Source of the DNA: Actinomycetota bacterium
GTDB taxonomy: Bacteria > Actinomycetota > UBA4738
Length of the DNA: 64,000 bases
Direction of reading: 5' to 3'
NCBI GenBank assembly: GCA_036505215.1
Contig: DASXTW010000160.1
Location: 12,825-76,824 of the forward strand
The stretch's first letter is position 1, and each line of letters opens with the position of its first letter. Shown piece after piece: positions 19,540-28,624 of the stretch. A program made the position numbers and the translations under genes. The notes below the pieces were generated by a model. It was not told the origin of the DNA and did no database searches. It saw nothing but the letters and a program-made list of their open reading frames with translations.

Positions 19540-20577
19540 ATGTCCCACCGTGTTCTGTCACTGTTCGCCGCCTCGCTGCTCGTCACGATCGCCTGCGAAT
19601 CGTCCCCCTCGGCGTTACGGACCACTCCCTCCGTTGCTGCGTCGGCGAAAACAGGATCTGAACCTGCAACGCCGGGGCGCGCCGAGCCCTTCTTCCAGGA
19701 GTTCGCCGTTCCCGCCGGCACCCATCCACACGATGTTGCTCCCGCGTCGGACGGCCGCGTCTGGTACACGGCACAGCGCTCGGGCGAGCTTGGCGTGCTC
19801 GACCCGGCGACGGGTCGGCGCCGACACGTGCCTCTCGGACGCGGATCCGCACCACATGGAGTGGTCGTCGGGCCCGACGGGGCTCCCTGGATAACCGACG
19901 GCGGCCTCAATGCGATCGTGCGCGTCGATCCGGAGACCTTCGAGGTCTCTCGCTTCCCTCTGCCAAGACCGGAGAACGCGAATCTCAACACGCCCACCTT
20001 CGACGGACGGGGCGTCCTGTGGTTTACCGGGCAGAGCGGCGTCTACGGCCGGCTGGATCCGAAGGCCGGACGAGTCGAGGTCTTCGACGCTCCTCGGGGC
20101 GTCGGCCCGTACGGGATCGCTGCCACGCCTGAGGGGACCGTGTGGCTCGCTTCGCTCGCGGGCAGCTACATCGCCCGCGTCGACTCCTCGGATGGCCGGC
20201 TCACCGTCGTGGACGCTCCGACCTCGGGGGGTGGCGCGCGCCGCATCTGGAGTGATTCGCGGGGCCGGTTGTGGGTCACCGAGTGGTTCGCGGGGGCGCT
20301 TGCGCGGTATGACCCCGAAGCGCAGTCCTGGCGAGAGTGGCGCCTCCCCGGCAGCGACCCACAGCCATACGCGGTCTACGTCGACCAGGACGACGTCGTG
20401 TGGGTCACGGACTTTGGGGCCAACGCGTTGGTCCGCTTCGACCCGCAGACCGAGCTGTTCCGGGTCTTCCCCTTCCCCACCTCCGGAGCCGACGTGCGAC
20501 AGCTCCTCGGCCGGTCCGGAGAGGTGTGGGGTGCGGAATCCGGCACCGACAAGCTGGTCGTGTTGCTCACTCGATGA
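19540..20577 (+). CDS. Vgb (virginiamycin B lyase)-like beta-propeller lipoprotein
   Basis: It has a signal peptide with lipobox LLVTIAC. Repeated blades of the form GP(H/Y)G(I/V)..PDG..W.T......I.R.D resemble the Vgb/streptogramin lyase family. Confidence 0.65.
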   Translation: MSHRVLSLFAASLLVTIACESSPSALRTTPSVAASAKTGSEPATPGRAEPFFQEFAVPAGTHPHDVAPASDGRVWYTAQRSGELGVLDPATGRRRHVPLGRGSAPHGVVVGPDGAPWITDGGLNAIVRVDPETFEVSRFPLPRPENANLNTPTFDGRGVLWFTGQSGVYGRLDPKAGRVEVFDAPRGVGPYGIAATPEGTVWLASLAGSYIARVDSSDGRLTVVDAPTSGGGARRIWSDSRGRLWVTEWFAGALARYDPEAQSWREWRLPGSDPQPYAVYVDQDDVVWVTDFGANALVRFDPQTELFRVFPFPTSGADVRQLLGRSGEVWGAESGTDKLVVLLTR

Positions 20578-20609
20578 CCCGAGAGCCGAGAGCTTCCAGA
20601 GGGTGAGCC

Positions 20610-21413
20610 TCAGTCGCTCAGGCCCTCGAAGACACTGCCGGCGAGGCGCTCTGTAGGCTCGGTGACCGGCGGGAACGCCTGGACGAACCACTCGTACCCC
20701 AGCACCGTCTCCTGGAGATCCTCCGGAATCTGGTCGACCTCCTCCCGCTGGGTACGGTGGGCATGGAGGGCGTCGATCTTGGCCTTCATCACGCCCGTGC
20801 AGTCGACCCGATGGGTGATGGTCCGATCGGGGACCCCTCGAGGCATGAAGGGGCCTTCGGGATCGCCGACGTCTTCCCCCCTCGCTCGGAGGTTCTCCCA
20901 GAACCGATCGATCTCCGAGCTCGGGATGGCCACGTAGAGCAGGCGCTGGAACGCATCACCAGGAGGGCTCTGCCCAGCCTCCGGTTCCGCCCGAGCTTTG
21001 TGGAAGGCCTCGGTCGCGGCCGCTCCGATCGTGATGTGGTCATCGTGCTTGGTAATGCCCTCGGGCCCGAAGGTCACCACCACCTGAGGGTGTGCCTCCT
21101 CGATGAGAGTGGCCACCTTGTCGACCAGCTCCTCTCGGGGAACGTCCTTGAGTCCGCCGTCCGGGTAGCGAAGGAAATGCACCACGGCGTTCTCCGCCCC
21201 AGCCGCGCGGAGCGCCTCCCTCTCTTCGTTCTCGCGGACCTCGGCCAGGTTCTCCCGGGTGGCGAGCGAGGGGTCGCCGATGGCTCCCGCCTCACCGCTG
21301 GTGGCCACGATCACGGTGTACTCGACGTCGCCCTTGCCCATAGCGAGGGTGCCGGCGAGGCCGTAGGTGTCGTCGTCGGGATGGGCGAAGACGGCGGCCA
21401 GGCGGTAGGTCAC
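20610..21413 (-). CDS. PIG-L/LmbE family deacetylase
   Basis: VTYRLAAVFAHPDDDTYG is the family signature. GTG 21413 overlaps the dapB stop (GTGA), and the track extension to 21971 lies inside dapB. Confidence 0.8.
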   Translation of the reverse strand: MTYRLAAVFAHPDDDTYGLAGTLAMGKGDVEYTVIVATSGEAGAIGDPSLATRENLAEVRENEEREALRAAGAENAVVHFLRYPDGGLKDVPREELVDKVATLIEEAHPQVVVTFGPEGITKHDDHITIGAAATEAFHKARAEPEAGQSPPGDAFQRLLYVAIPSSEIDRFWENLRARGEDVGDPEGPFMPRGVPDRTITHRVDCTGVMKAKIDALHAHRTQREEVDQIPEDLQETVLGYEWFVQAFPPVTEPTERLAGSVFEGLSD

Positions 21414-22222
21414 CTGTACGTGACTTCGGGAAGCTCGAGCAGGGGCTCGAGTCCCAAGGTGAGCCCCGGGCGGTCGACCACCTTCTTGATCGCCAGGAGC
21501 ACGCCCGGCATGAACGAAACCCGCTGGGACGAATCGTGCCGGAGCGTCAGGGTCTGGCCGAGCCCACCGAAGATGACTTCTTGATGGGCAACCAGACCCG
21601 GGAGGCGGACCGAGTGGATCCGGATGCCTTCCACGTCGCCACCCCGCACTCCCTTGACGTTCTCCTCGCCGGGGCCTTCCCAGGACTCCTGTCGCGCCTT
21701 GGCCATCATCTCTGCCGTGGCCAGCGCCGTCCCCGAGGGTGCGTCTGCCTTGCCCTCGTGGTGCAGCTCGATGATCTCTGCTGCGGGGAAGAACCGCGCA
21801 GCCTGCTGGGCGAACCGCTGGAGCAGGACGGCCCCGATGGCGAAGTTCGGCGCCACGATCACGTTCGACTCGTTGCCCTCGTCCTCGAGCAGCCTGCGGA
21901 TCTCGTCGAGCTCCTTCTCCCCGATCCCGGTGGTTCCGACGACGATGTGCATGGCGTGCTCGATGGCCCACCGGATGTTTTCCATCACCACGTCCGGCCG
22001 GGTGAAGTCCACGGCCACCTCGGTCTCGGCCTGGAGCAGGGTGTCGAGCTCGTTGGAGATCCGGACGTCGACCTCCGGGTGCCCGATCATCCGCCCGAGA
22101 TGCTCGCCTCCGAAGGACGGATTGATGCCGGCGACCAGGGCCAGATCCGGGTCTTCGGCCACGGCCTGGCAGACCAGCCGGCCCATGCGGCCGGCACAGC
22201 CGAGGACCCCGACCCGGATCAA
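21410..22222 (-). CDS. dapB: 4-hydroxy-tetrahydrodipicolinate reductase
   Basis: 270 aa with the Rossmann N-terminus MIRVGVLGCAGRMGR and the E(L)HHxxKxDAPSGTA motif. Confidence 0.95.
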   Translation of the reverse strand: MIRVGVLGCAGRMGRLVCQAVAEDPDLALVAGINPSFGGEHLGRMIGHPEVDVRISNELDTLLQAETEVAVDFTRPDVVMENIRWAIEHAMHIVVGTTGIGEKELDEIRRLLEDEGNESNVIVAPNFAIGAVLLQRFAQQAARFFPAAEIIELHHEGKADAPSGTALATAEMMAKARQESWEGPGEENVKGVRGGDVEGIRIHSVRLPGLVAHQEVIFGGLGQTLTLRHDSSQRVSFMPGVLLAIKKVVDRPGLTLGLEPLLELPEVTYR

Positions 22223-23568
22223 GAGCGGCCTTCCGTGTGCGCCGCCAGGGCGACCGGCGCCTCCGTCACCGCCTCGCCCATCGCATCGTCGAAGGCATTC
22301 GCCTCGAACGGCCCGACCACGGCCAGAGCCATCGGCCTGGAGAGGACCTCGCGAGAGACCGCGACGGCGTCCTCCTTGGTCACCGCGTCCGTGCGCTCCA
22401 GGACCTCGTCGACCGAGAGGATCTCTCCGTGGCTGATCTCCGAGCGCCCGATCCGGGACATTCGGCCGCTGGTGTCCTCCAACGACAGGACCAGCGAACC
22501 CTTGAGGTGACCCTTGGCTCGCTCCAGCTCGGGGTCGGTCAGTCCTCCTTCGGCGATGTTCCGGAGCTCCCGATTGACGATCGAGAGCACCTCGTGGGCC
22601 TTCGAGGGTGTGGTCCCCGCATACACGGAGAACAGCCCGGTCTCGGCGAACATCGAGTGATAGCTATACACCGAGTACGCCAGACCGCGCTTCTCCCGGA
22701 TCTCCTGGAACAACCGGGAGGACATCCCGCCCCCCAGCACGGAGTTCACCACGCCGAACGGGAACCGGCGAGGATCCTTCCTGGAGTAGCCGCTGGTTCC
22801 GATGGCGATGTGAGCCTGCTCGGTCGGGCGGTTCCGCACCACCGTTGCCGCCGTCACCGGGGGCACGTCGCCTCCGGCCCGAACCCGCGGTGAGATGTCC
22901 GTGGAGACCATCGGACCGGTGTCCATCTGCTCCTCCACCAGCCGACACACGTCCTCGTGGCGAAGGTTGCCGGCCGCCGCGATGACGAAGTGGCGCGGCT
23001 CGTAGAGGCGGTTGTAGAAGCGCTTGATCTGGTCTCGAGACACGCCTGCCACCGTCTCCCTGGTGCCGAGGACCGGCCGCCCCAGCGGGTGGCCCTGCCA
23101 CAGGGTCTCGGCGAACAGATCGTGGATCAGATCGCCGGGATCGTCGTCTCGCATGTTGATCTCTTCCAGGATCACCATGCGCTCTGCCTCGAAGTCCTTC
23201 CGCGCGAGTACCGAGTTCTGGAGCATGTCGCTCATGTACTCGACGGCCATCGGGAGGTCCTGGTCCCGGACACGGCAGTAGTAGCACGTGTACTCCTTGG
23301 CGGTGAAGGCGTTGAGGTCCCCGCCGACGGCGTCGAACGCCTCGGCGATGTCGGTGGCCGTCCTCCTCTTCGTCCCCTTGAACAGAAGGTGCTCGAGGAA
23401 GTGCGAAGCCCCAGCGATGGACGGCCGCTCGTCGCGGGATCCGACGTCCACCCACACGCCCAGGGCAACCGAGCGCATGCCAGGCATGTCCTCGGTGACC
23501 ACCCGGAGGCCCGAGGCGTACTCACTCCGGGATAGCTCGATGGCGCGAGGGCGCGTCCGGGGACTCAA
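22219..23568 (-). CDS. M16 family (pitrilysin-like) zinc peptidase
   Basis: 449 aa with the inverted zinc motif HFLEHLLFKGT. It has 4-nt overlaps with both neighbours. Confidence 0.9.
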   Translation of the reverse strand: MSPRTRPRAIELSRSEYASGLRVVTEDMPGMRSVALGVWVDVGSRDERPSIAGASHFLEHLLFKGTKRRTATDIAEAFDAVGGDLNAFTAKEYTCYYCRVRDQDLPMAVEYMSDMLQNSVLARKDFEAERMVILEEINMRDDDPGDLIHDLFAETLWQGHPLGRPVLGTRETVAGVSRDQIKRFYNRLYEPRHFVIAAAGNLRHEDVCRLVEEQMDTGPMVSTDISPRVRAGGDVPPVTAATVVRNRPTEQAHIAIGTSGYSRKDPRRFPFGVVNSVLGGGMSSRLFQEIREKRGLAYSVYSYHSMFAETGLFSVYAGTTPSKAHEVLSIVNRELRNIAEGGLTDPELERAKGHLKGSLVLSLEDTSGRMSRIGRSEISHGEILSVDEVLERTDAVTKEDAVAVSREVLSRPMALAVVGPFEANAFDDAMGEAVTEAPVALAAHTEGRS

Positions 23569-25889
23569 CTGTCGCGCCGGTCCCCGCGCCGCTCTCCCCG
23601 ATCGCCGCGGTCTCGATCCCGCCGGGGCCTGAAGCCGCGGCCGCGATCGCGTGCCTCGCCCTCAGGGCGGGGCCTCCGCTCGCCCCGGGGCGCGCCGTCG
23701 CTCTCCTCCCGCGGCCATCCTCCCTCCGGGGGATCCCAACCCTCGCCCACCGGCTTCAGGCTCACCTTCGTCCTGCCCATGTTGTCCGTCTCGACGGAGT
23801 CGATCTCCACGAGCAGGTGATCGCCCACGTTGACGGCCTCTTCCACACTCGACAAGCGTTTTCCTCGACCGAGCTTCGAGATGTGAACCATTCCGTCCCG
23901 GCCGGGAAGGATGTTCACGAAGGCGCCGAACGTGGTGGTCTTGACCACCGTGCCCTCGTACCGCTCGCCGACCTGCGGCATCCGCGGATTCACGATCGCC
24001 TCGATCATCTCGACCGCCTTCTCCGCACCCTCGCCTTCCCGGGAGCCGATGAACACGCGGCCGTCGTCCTCGATGTCGATGTCGGCGCCCGTGACGGCGA
24101 TGATCTCGTTGATCCGCTTGCCCTTCGGCCCGATGACCTCGCCGATCTTGTCCACCGGGATCTGCTTCATGATCACCCGGGGAGCTTTCAGCGAGAGCTC
24201 ATGTCGCGGCTCGGAGAGGGTCCGGAGCATCGTGTCCAGGATGAACAGCCGGGCTTCCCTGGCCTGCTTGAGGGCCCCGCTGAGGACTTCAGCCGGCAGG
24301 CCCGTCACCTTCGTGTCGAGCTGCAGGGCAGTGACGAAGTCCCTGGTACCGGCGACTTTGAAGTCCATGTCGCCCAGGGCATCTTCCGCTCCGAGAATGT
24401 CGGTCAGCGTGACGAAATCGCCGTCCTCGGCGATCAGGCCCATGGCGATCCCGGCCACCGGCGCCTTGATAGGAACGCCGGCGTCCATCAGGGAAAGTGT
24501 GGAAGCGCACACGCTGGCCATGGATGTCGACCCGTTGGACTCGAGCACGTCCGAGACCAGCCGCAGCGTGTACGGGAACTCGTCCTCGTCCGGAACGACC
24601 GGGACGAGGGCCCGCTCCGCCAGCGCCCCGTGGCCGATCTCCCTGCGCCTGGGGCTACCGATCCGGCCCACCTCCCCCGTGGAGAACGGAGGGAAGTTGT
24701 AGTGGTGGATGTAGCGCTTGGTGTCCTCGGGATCCAGGGTGTCGATCATCTGGGTCATCCGCAGCATCCCGAGCGTCGCCACGTTGAGGACCTGCGTCTC
24801 CCCTCGCTGGAACAGCCCCGAGCCATGCGCCCGAGGGATCAGTCCGACCTCACAGGAGAGCCGCCGGATTTCGTCGGTCTTGCGCCCGTCCAGGCGGATA
24901 CCTTCGGAGACGATCCGCCTGCGCATGCTCTTCTTCTGGAGATCCTTGTAGGCCGGCGAGATTTGTGAGGCGCGTGCAGCGAACTCCTCCTCGCCCCACC
25001 GGTCCAAGAGGTGGGCCTTGAGCTCCTCCTTGAGCGCGTCCAGCCTGGCCTCCCGCTCCTGCTTCGCCGTGACCAGCGCTTCGGGCAGGCGTGGTTCGGC
25101 GAACTCCTCGATGGCCCGGAACACCTCGTCGGAGTACACGGGGGTGGGGACGAACTCGGCAGGCTTGGTCCCCGCCTCCTCGATGATCTGTCGCTGGAAG
25201 TCGATCAGTTCGGCAATGTGGCGCTTGGCGACTTCCAGTCCCTCTGCCACGACGTCCTCCGTGGGGCTGGTCTCGCCGTCCTGGATGCGGCTCCAGGCGC
25301 CCTCGGGCGCCTCGCCCTCGACCATCAGGATGTCGATCGAACCCTGGTCGTTCTGGCGTCCGGCGACCACGACGTCGAAGGTGGCCAGGTCGAGCTCCTG
25401 ATAGGTGGGATTGACCTTCCACTGGCTCCCGATGAGCCCGAGTCGAACGGCCGCTACCGGGCCGTCGAAGGGCAGGCCGGCCAGGCACACGGCCAGGCTC
25501 GCCGCGTTGATGCCCGGGATGTCGTAGGCGTTGGCCAGGTCGGCCGACAGAACGGTGATGACCACCTGCACCTCGTCCCGGTACCCCTCCTTGAACGTGG
25601 GCCGGAGGGGGCGGTCGGTGAGGCGGGCGGTGAGGATGGCCGTCTCGGACGGGCGGCCCTCCCTGCGGAAGAATCCGCCGGGAATCTTCCCGGCCGCGTA
25701 CATGCGCTCCTCCACGTCGACCGTGAGGGGGAAGAAGTCGATCCCCTCCCGAGGAGCGGCTGTCGTGCACGTGGCCAGCACCTGGGTCTCCCCCAGGGTC
25801 ACCACGCACGAGCCATGGGCTTGCTTGGCGAGCTTGCCGGTTTCGATGGCGAAATCGGACCCGCCGATGGTCCTGCTTCTCTTGATCAC
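23565..25889 (-). CDS. pnp: polyribonucleotide nucleotidyltransferase (PNPase) with an Arg/Asp-rich C-terminal tail
   Basis: Two PH domains, a KH domain and an S1 domain are recognisable. I prefer the start at GTG 25889 (VIKRSRTIGG..., SD AAGGAGGA). Confidence 0.95.
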   Translation of the reverse strand: MIKRSRTIGGSDFAIETGKLAKQAHGSCVVTLGETQVLATCTTAAPREGIDFFPLTVDVEERMYAAGKIPGGFFRREGRPSETAILTARLTDRPLRPTFKEGYRDEVQVVITVLSADLANAYDIPGINAASLAVCLAGLPFDGPVAAVRLGLIGSQWKVNPTYQELDLATFDVVVAGRQNDQGSIDILMVEGEAPEGAWSRIQDGETSPTEDVVAEGLEVAKRHIAELIDFQRQIIEEAGTKPAEFVPTPVYSDEVFRAIEEFAEPRLPEALVTAKQEREARLDALKEELKAHLLDRWGEEEFAARASQISPAYKDLQKKSMRRRIVSEGIRLDGRKTDEIRRLSCEVGLIPRAHGSGLFQRGETQVLNVATLGMLRMTQMIDTLDPEDTKRYIHHYNFPPFSTGEVGRIGSPRRREIGHGALAERALVPVVPDEDEFPYTLRLVSDVLESNGSTSMASVCASTLSLMDAGVPIKAPVAGIAMGLIAEDGDFVTLTDILGAEDALGDMDFKVAGTRDFVTALQLDTKVTGLPAEVLSGALKQAREARLFILDTMLRTLSEPRHELSLKAPRVIMKQIPVDKIGEVIGPKGKRINEIIAVTGADIDIEDDGRVFIGSREGEGAEKAVEMIEAIVNPRMPQVGERYEGTVVKTTTFGAFVNILPGRDGMVHISKLGRGKRLSSVEEAVNVGDHLLVEIDSVETDNMGRTKVSLKPVGEGWDPPEGGWPREESDGAPRGERRPRPEGEARDRGRGFRPRRDRDRGDRGERRGDRRDS

Positions 25890-26231
25890 TGGCGTTCCTC
25901 CTTGAACGCCGGCGCGAGGTGCGCCGGATAGTCTCAAGGAGCCTTCGTGCGGGGGCCCGCGGCCAGTTGTCAGTGGTGGGCCTCGGTCCATCTTCCTCGA
26001 TGACCCTCGCCTTCGGCGAGTCTCATCGACCAGGGCGCCTGAAGCAGCTCATCCGCTCCGCTTCGCTCCGCGGGCTGCTTCCCCCCTGGACCCCCGATGG
26101 TTCCGGGGTCCGCGACTGATAACTGACCACCCTTGACGATCGGCTCCTGCGGTGGTCCTACGAAGTTCCTGTCCTGTTCCTTCCTCCCCTCTCTGCGAGA
26201 GAGGGCGGCTCTCGCCGCCCCCCTTGTGTCT
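25890..26231 (-). promoter_or_regulatory. structured rpsO-pnp spacer / pnp 5' leader
   Basis: The 342-nt spacer contains several stable hairpins (see findings). A conserved pnp leader motif (Actino-pnp) is known in actinobacteria, but I cannot verify a match by eye. Confidence 0.4.
26041..26111 (+). repeat. GC-rich interspersed hairpin repeat, copy B
   Basis: GAAGCAGCtcatccgctccgcttcgctccgcgGGCTGCTTCCCCCCTGGACCCCCgatggttccGGGGTCC. Confidence 0.75.
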
Positions 26232-26501
26232 CTAGCGCCTCAGCCCCAGGCGCGCGATCAGCGCCCGGTACCTCTCGACATCCTCTCGCCTGAGGTAATC
26301 GAGCAACCGGCGCCGTTTCCCCACCATCTGAAGGAGCCCACGCCTGGAGTGATGGTCCGATCGGTGGGTCTTCAGGTGCTCGGTGAGGTCTTCGATGCGC
26401 CTGCTCAACAGCGCGATCTGGACTTCGGGCGAGCCGGTATCGGTCTGGCCCCGCCTGTAGTCGCTGATCAGCGTGGATTTCTGCTCTTTGAGGAGTGCCA
26501 T
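26232..26501 (-). CDS. rpsO: 30S ribosomal protein S15
   Basis: 89 aa. [17 protein letters not shown]...[16 protein letters not shown] is canonical S15. Confidence 0.97.
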   Translation of the reverse strand: MALLKEQKSTLISDYRRGQTDTGSPEVQIALLSRRIEDLTEHLKTHRSDHHSRRGLLQMVGKRRRLLDYLRREDVERYRALIARLGLRR

Positions 26502-26540
26502 TGAACGAAAGCAAGGTTACCACACGGTCCCACCCGGACT

Positions 26541-27644
26541 TCAGGTAGTTCCCCTGAGCACGGGGTGGCCGGAGACCTCGATGAACGCGGGGATCAGACG
26601 GCCCTTGAACGTGGCCTTGGGCGACACGGTGACCTCGGCCACGGCCGTCGTCGCCCCTGCGGTCGAGTGCCGCGGCCACACGAAGTTGCCCAGGCTGTAG
26701 AAGATCGGGCGGCCCTTGTACACGCCCATCGGCTGGAGGCGGTGGGAATGGCCTCCGAAGATGGCGTCGGCTCCGGCGTCGATCAGGCGATGGGCCAGTT
26801 GGACATCGCCCGCGCGAGGCCGCGTATCCAGCTCCACTCCCCAGTGGATGGCGACGACGACGATGTCGGCTTTCTTGCTCGCGGCTCGCACCGCCGCGAC
26901 CATGGCGTCCTCGTCGTGCCCAGCAGCGGTCCCCGGCTTGTCCGGCCCCGCCACCGCGGTCGGCCAGGGATCAACGACCTTGTCGAACCCGACCACCGCG
27001 ATCTTCCAGCCCTCCACGTCGAACAGAGCGGGCGACAGGGCCTCCTTATCGTCTCTGCCCGCCCCCACGGGTGCGATGCGATTCTTGAGCAGGTTCTTCC
27101 GGCCGTCCACGACCGCCGCAGGCCCGTAGTCGTACCCGTGGTTGTTGCCGAGGTTGGCCACCTCCACCCCGGCCTTGCGCATCGAGGGCAGCGCAGCAGG
27201 GTCGCACCTGAAGTTGAACTCCTTCGGAACCGGCCGTCCCAGGTTCGAGATTGCGCACTCCAGGTTGATGACCGTGAGGTCGTCCCGCTTGAACAGCCCG
27301 CTCAGCCCCGACCAGGCCCACGCGTAGCCGTGGACCCTGAAGTTCGGGATGTAGCTCGGATCAACGTTGACGTCACCGGTGCCGTGGATGACGAGCTTGC
27401 CGCGGGCCGCCGGCGAGCGCTCGGTCATCGGCGGCGAGGTCGATTCCGAAACTGACGGAGAGGTGGAGGCCGGCGCGGAGACCTCAGCCGGAAGAGGAGA
27501 GCCGCGCTGGGCAAGCGGGGACGTTCCTCGGTCGGTGAACAAGCGGACCGAGACCCCCGTCGCGATCAGCAGCACCACCCCGAGGGGCAGGAGCAAACGG
27601 GCCGAAGAGCGGGACGGCCTGCGATGCATTCCCCGGTGTGGCAT
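26541..27644 (-). CDS. CapA family (PGA_cap metallophosphatase-like) protein, membrane anchored
   Basis: N-terminal TM helix followed by GDVNVD, INLECAIS, NNHGYDYG and GGHSHRLQ motifs. Confidence 0.8.
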   Translation of the reverse strand: MPHRGMHRRPSRSSARLLLPLGVVLLIATGVSVRLFTDRGTSPLAQRGSPLPAEVSAPASTSPSVSESTSPPMTERSPAARGKLVIHGTGDVNVDPSYIPNFRVHGYAWAWSGLSGLFKRDDLTVINLECAISNLGRPVPKEFNFRCDPAALPSMRKAGVEVANLGNNHGYDYGPAAVVDGRKNLLKNRIAPVGAGRDDKEALSPALFDVEGWKIAVVGFDKVVDPWPTAVAGPDKPGTAAGHDEDAMVAAVRAASKKADIVVVAIHWGVELDTRPRAGDVQLAHRLIDAGADAIFGGHSHRLQPMGVYKGRPIFYSLGNFVWPRHSTAGATTAVAEVTVSPKATFKGRLIPAFIEVSGHPVLRGTT

Positions 27645-27682
27645 TGCCTTCGTCGAACTCCTCAGCTCACGGGGGAGGCCGC

Positions 27683-28624
27683 TCAGGCCACCAGCGCCCG
27701 CGTCCGTTCGACATCGTCCTTGATCTGGCGAGCCAGGTCCTCCGCCGAGTCGAAGCGAGCCTCATCCCGCAGACGCTCCCAGAACTCTAGGGCCATGGGT
27801 CGCCCGATCAAGTCACCTTCGAAGTCGAGCAGGAACGCCTCCGCGTGGAGCGGCTCGCCGCCGAATGTGGGATTCGTTCCGACATTGATCGCCGCGAGGA
27901 AGGAACCTTCACCCACGTGCGCCTTACCTGCGTACACGCCCTCGCCAGGGAGAAGCATCCGCGGAGACACGCCAAGGTTGGCCGTGGGAAAGCCCAGCCC
28001 TCTTCCCCTGCCGGCGCCGGTCGTGACCGTGCCGTCCAGGACGTATCGCCGCCCCAGAGCCTCGGTCGGCCACTCCAGGTCCCCGTTGACGAGGGCTTCG
28101 CGGATCGAAGACGAAGAGACCGGCCGGCCATCGATCTTCAGGAGCGAGACAGCTTCGACCGAGAAACCGTTGGCCGCGCCCAGATCCGTCAGCACGGCGA
28201 GGTTTCCTCTGGCCTTGTGGCCGAAGGTGAAGTTCGAGCCGACCACGGCGTGCTCGGCGCGAGCACCTTCCACCAGGACCCGCCTGACGAAGTCCTCGGG
28301 CGGCCACCGGGAGAACTCCTCGGTGAACTCGAGAACGATCAGCGCACCGATGCCGACCTCCGCGATGAGCGAGGCCTTTCGGTCGAGCGTGGTCAGTAGG
28401 CGGGGCTCCGCTCCGGGGGTGAGGATCTCCCTGGGGTGCCGGTCGAACGTGACGGCCACGGGCAAGAGTCCCCGAGCCCTGGCAACCGCGACAGTTCGGC
28501 GGAGCACCGTCTGATGGCCTCGATGAACGCCGTCGAAGAAGCCGATCGTGACGGCGGTGGGCCCGACGGCGAGCGGCAGTGAATCGAACCCCTGGACCAG
28601 ATCCATGTCACCGGGAGGGTACAA
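27683..28624 (-). CDS. ribF: bifunctional riboflavin kinase / FMN adenylyltransferase
   Basis: GFFDGVHRGHQ, with the riboflavin kinase domain at the C-terminus. The start may instead be the internal ATG at 28606. Confidence 0.93.
   Translation of the reverse strand: MYPPGDMDLVQGFDSLPLAVGPTAVTIGFFDGVHRGHQTVLRRTVAVARARGLLPVAVTFDRHPREILTPGAEPRLLTTLDRKASLIAEVGIGALIVLEFTEEFSRWPPEDFVRRVLVEGARAEHAVVGSNFTFGHKARGNLAVLTDLGAANGFSVEAVSLLKIDGRPVSSSSIREALVNGDLEWPTEALGRRYVLDGTVTTGAGRGRGLGFPTANLGVSPRMLLPGEGVYAGKAHVGEGSFLAAINVGTNPTFGGEPLHAEAFLLDFEGDLIGRPMALEFWERLRDEARFDSAEDLARQIKDDVERTRALVA

Noticed and set aside
20141-20165. ctcgcttcgctcgcgggc inside the Vgb-like gene, matching the core of the interspersed repeat.
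   Set aside because: It lies in frame within a coding blade (WLASLAGSY) and lacks the flanking stem and C-rich tail, so it is likely coincidental low-complexity similarity.
21414-21971. Long N-terminal extensions proposed by the ORF track. Examples are the PIG-L gene to 21971, recA to 8567, cinA to 10999, dapA to 17974, pnp to 25991, the amidase to 30336, truB to 31025, the regulator to 46758, rseP to 47852, tsf to 52862 and dprA to 60932.
   Set aside because: The extensions overlap upstream genes in another frame, are Arg/Pro-rich, and precede the point where family-typical N-termini and SD sequences occur.
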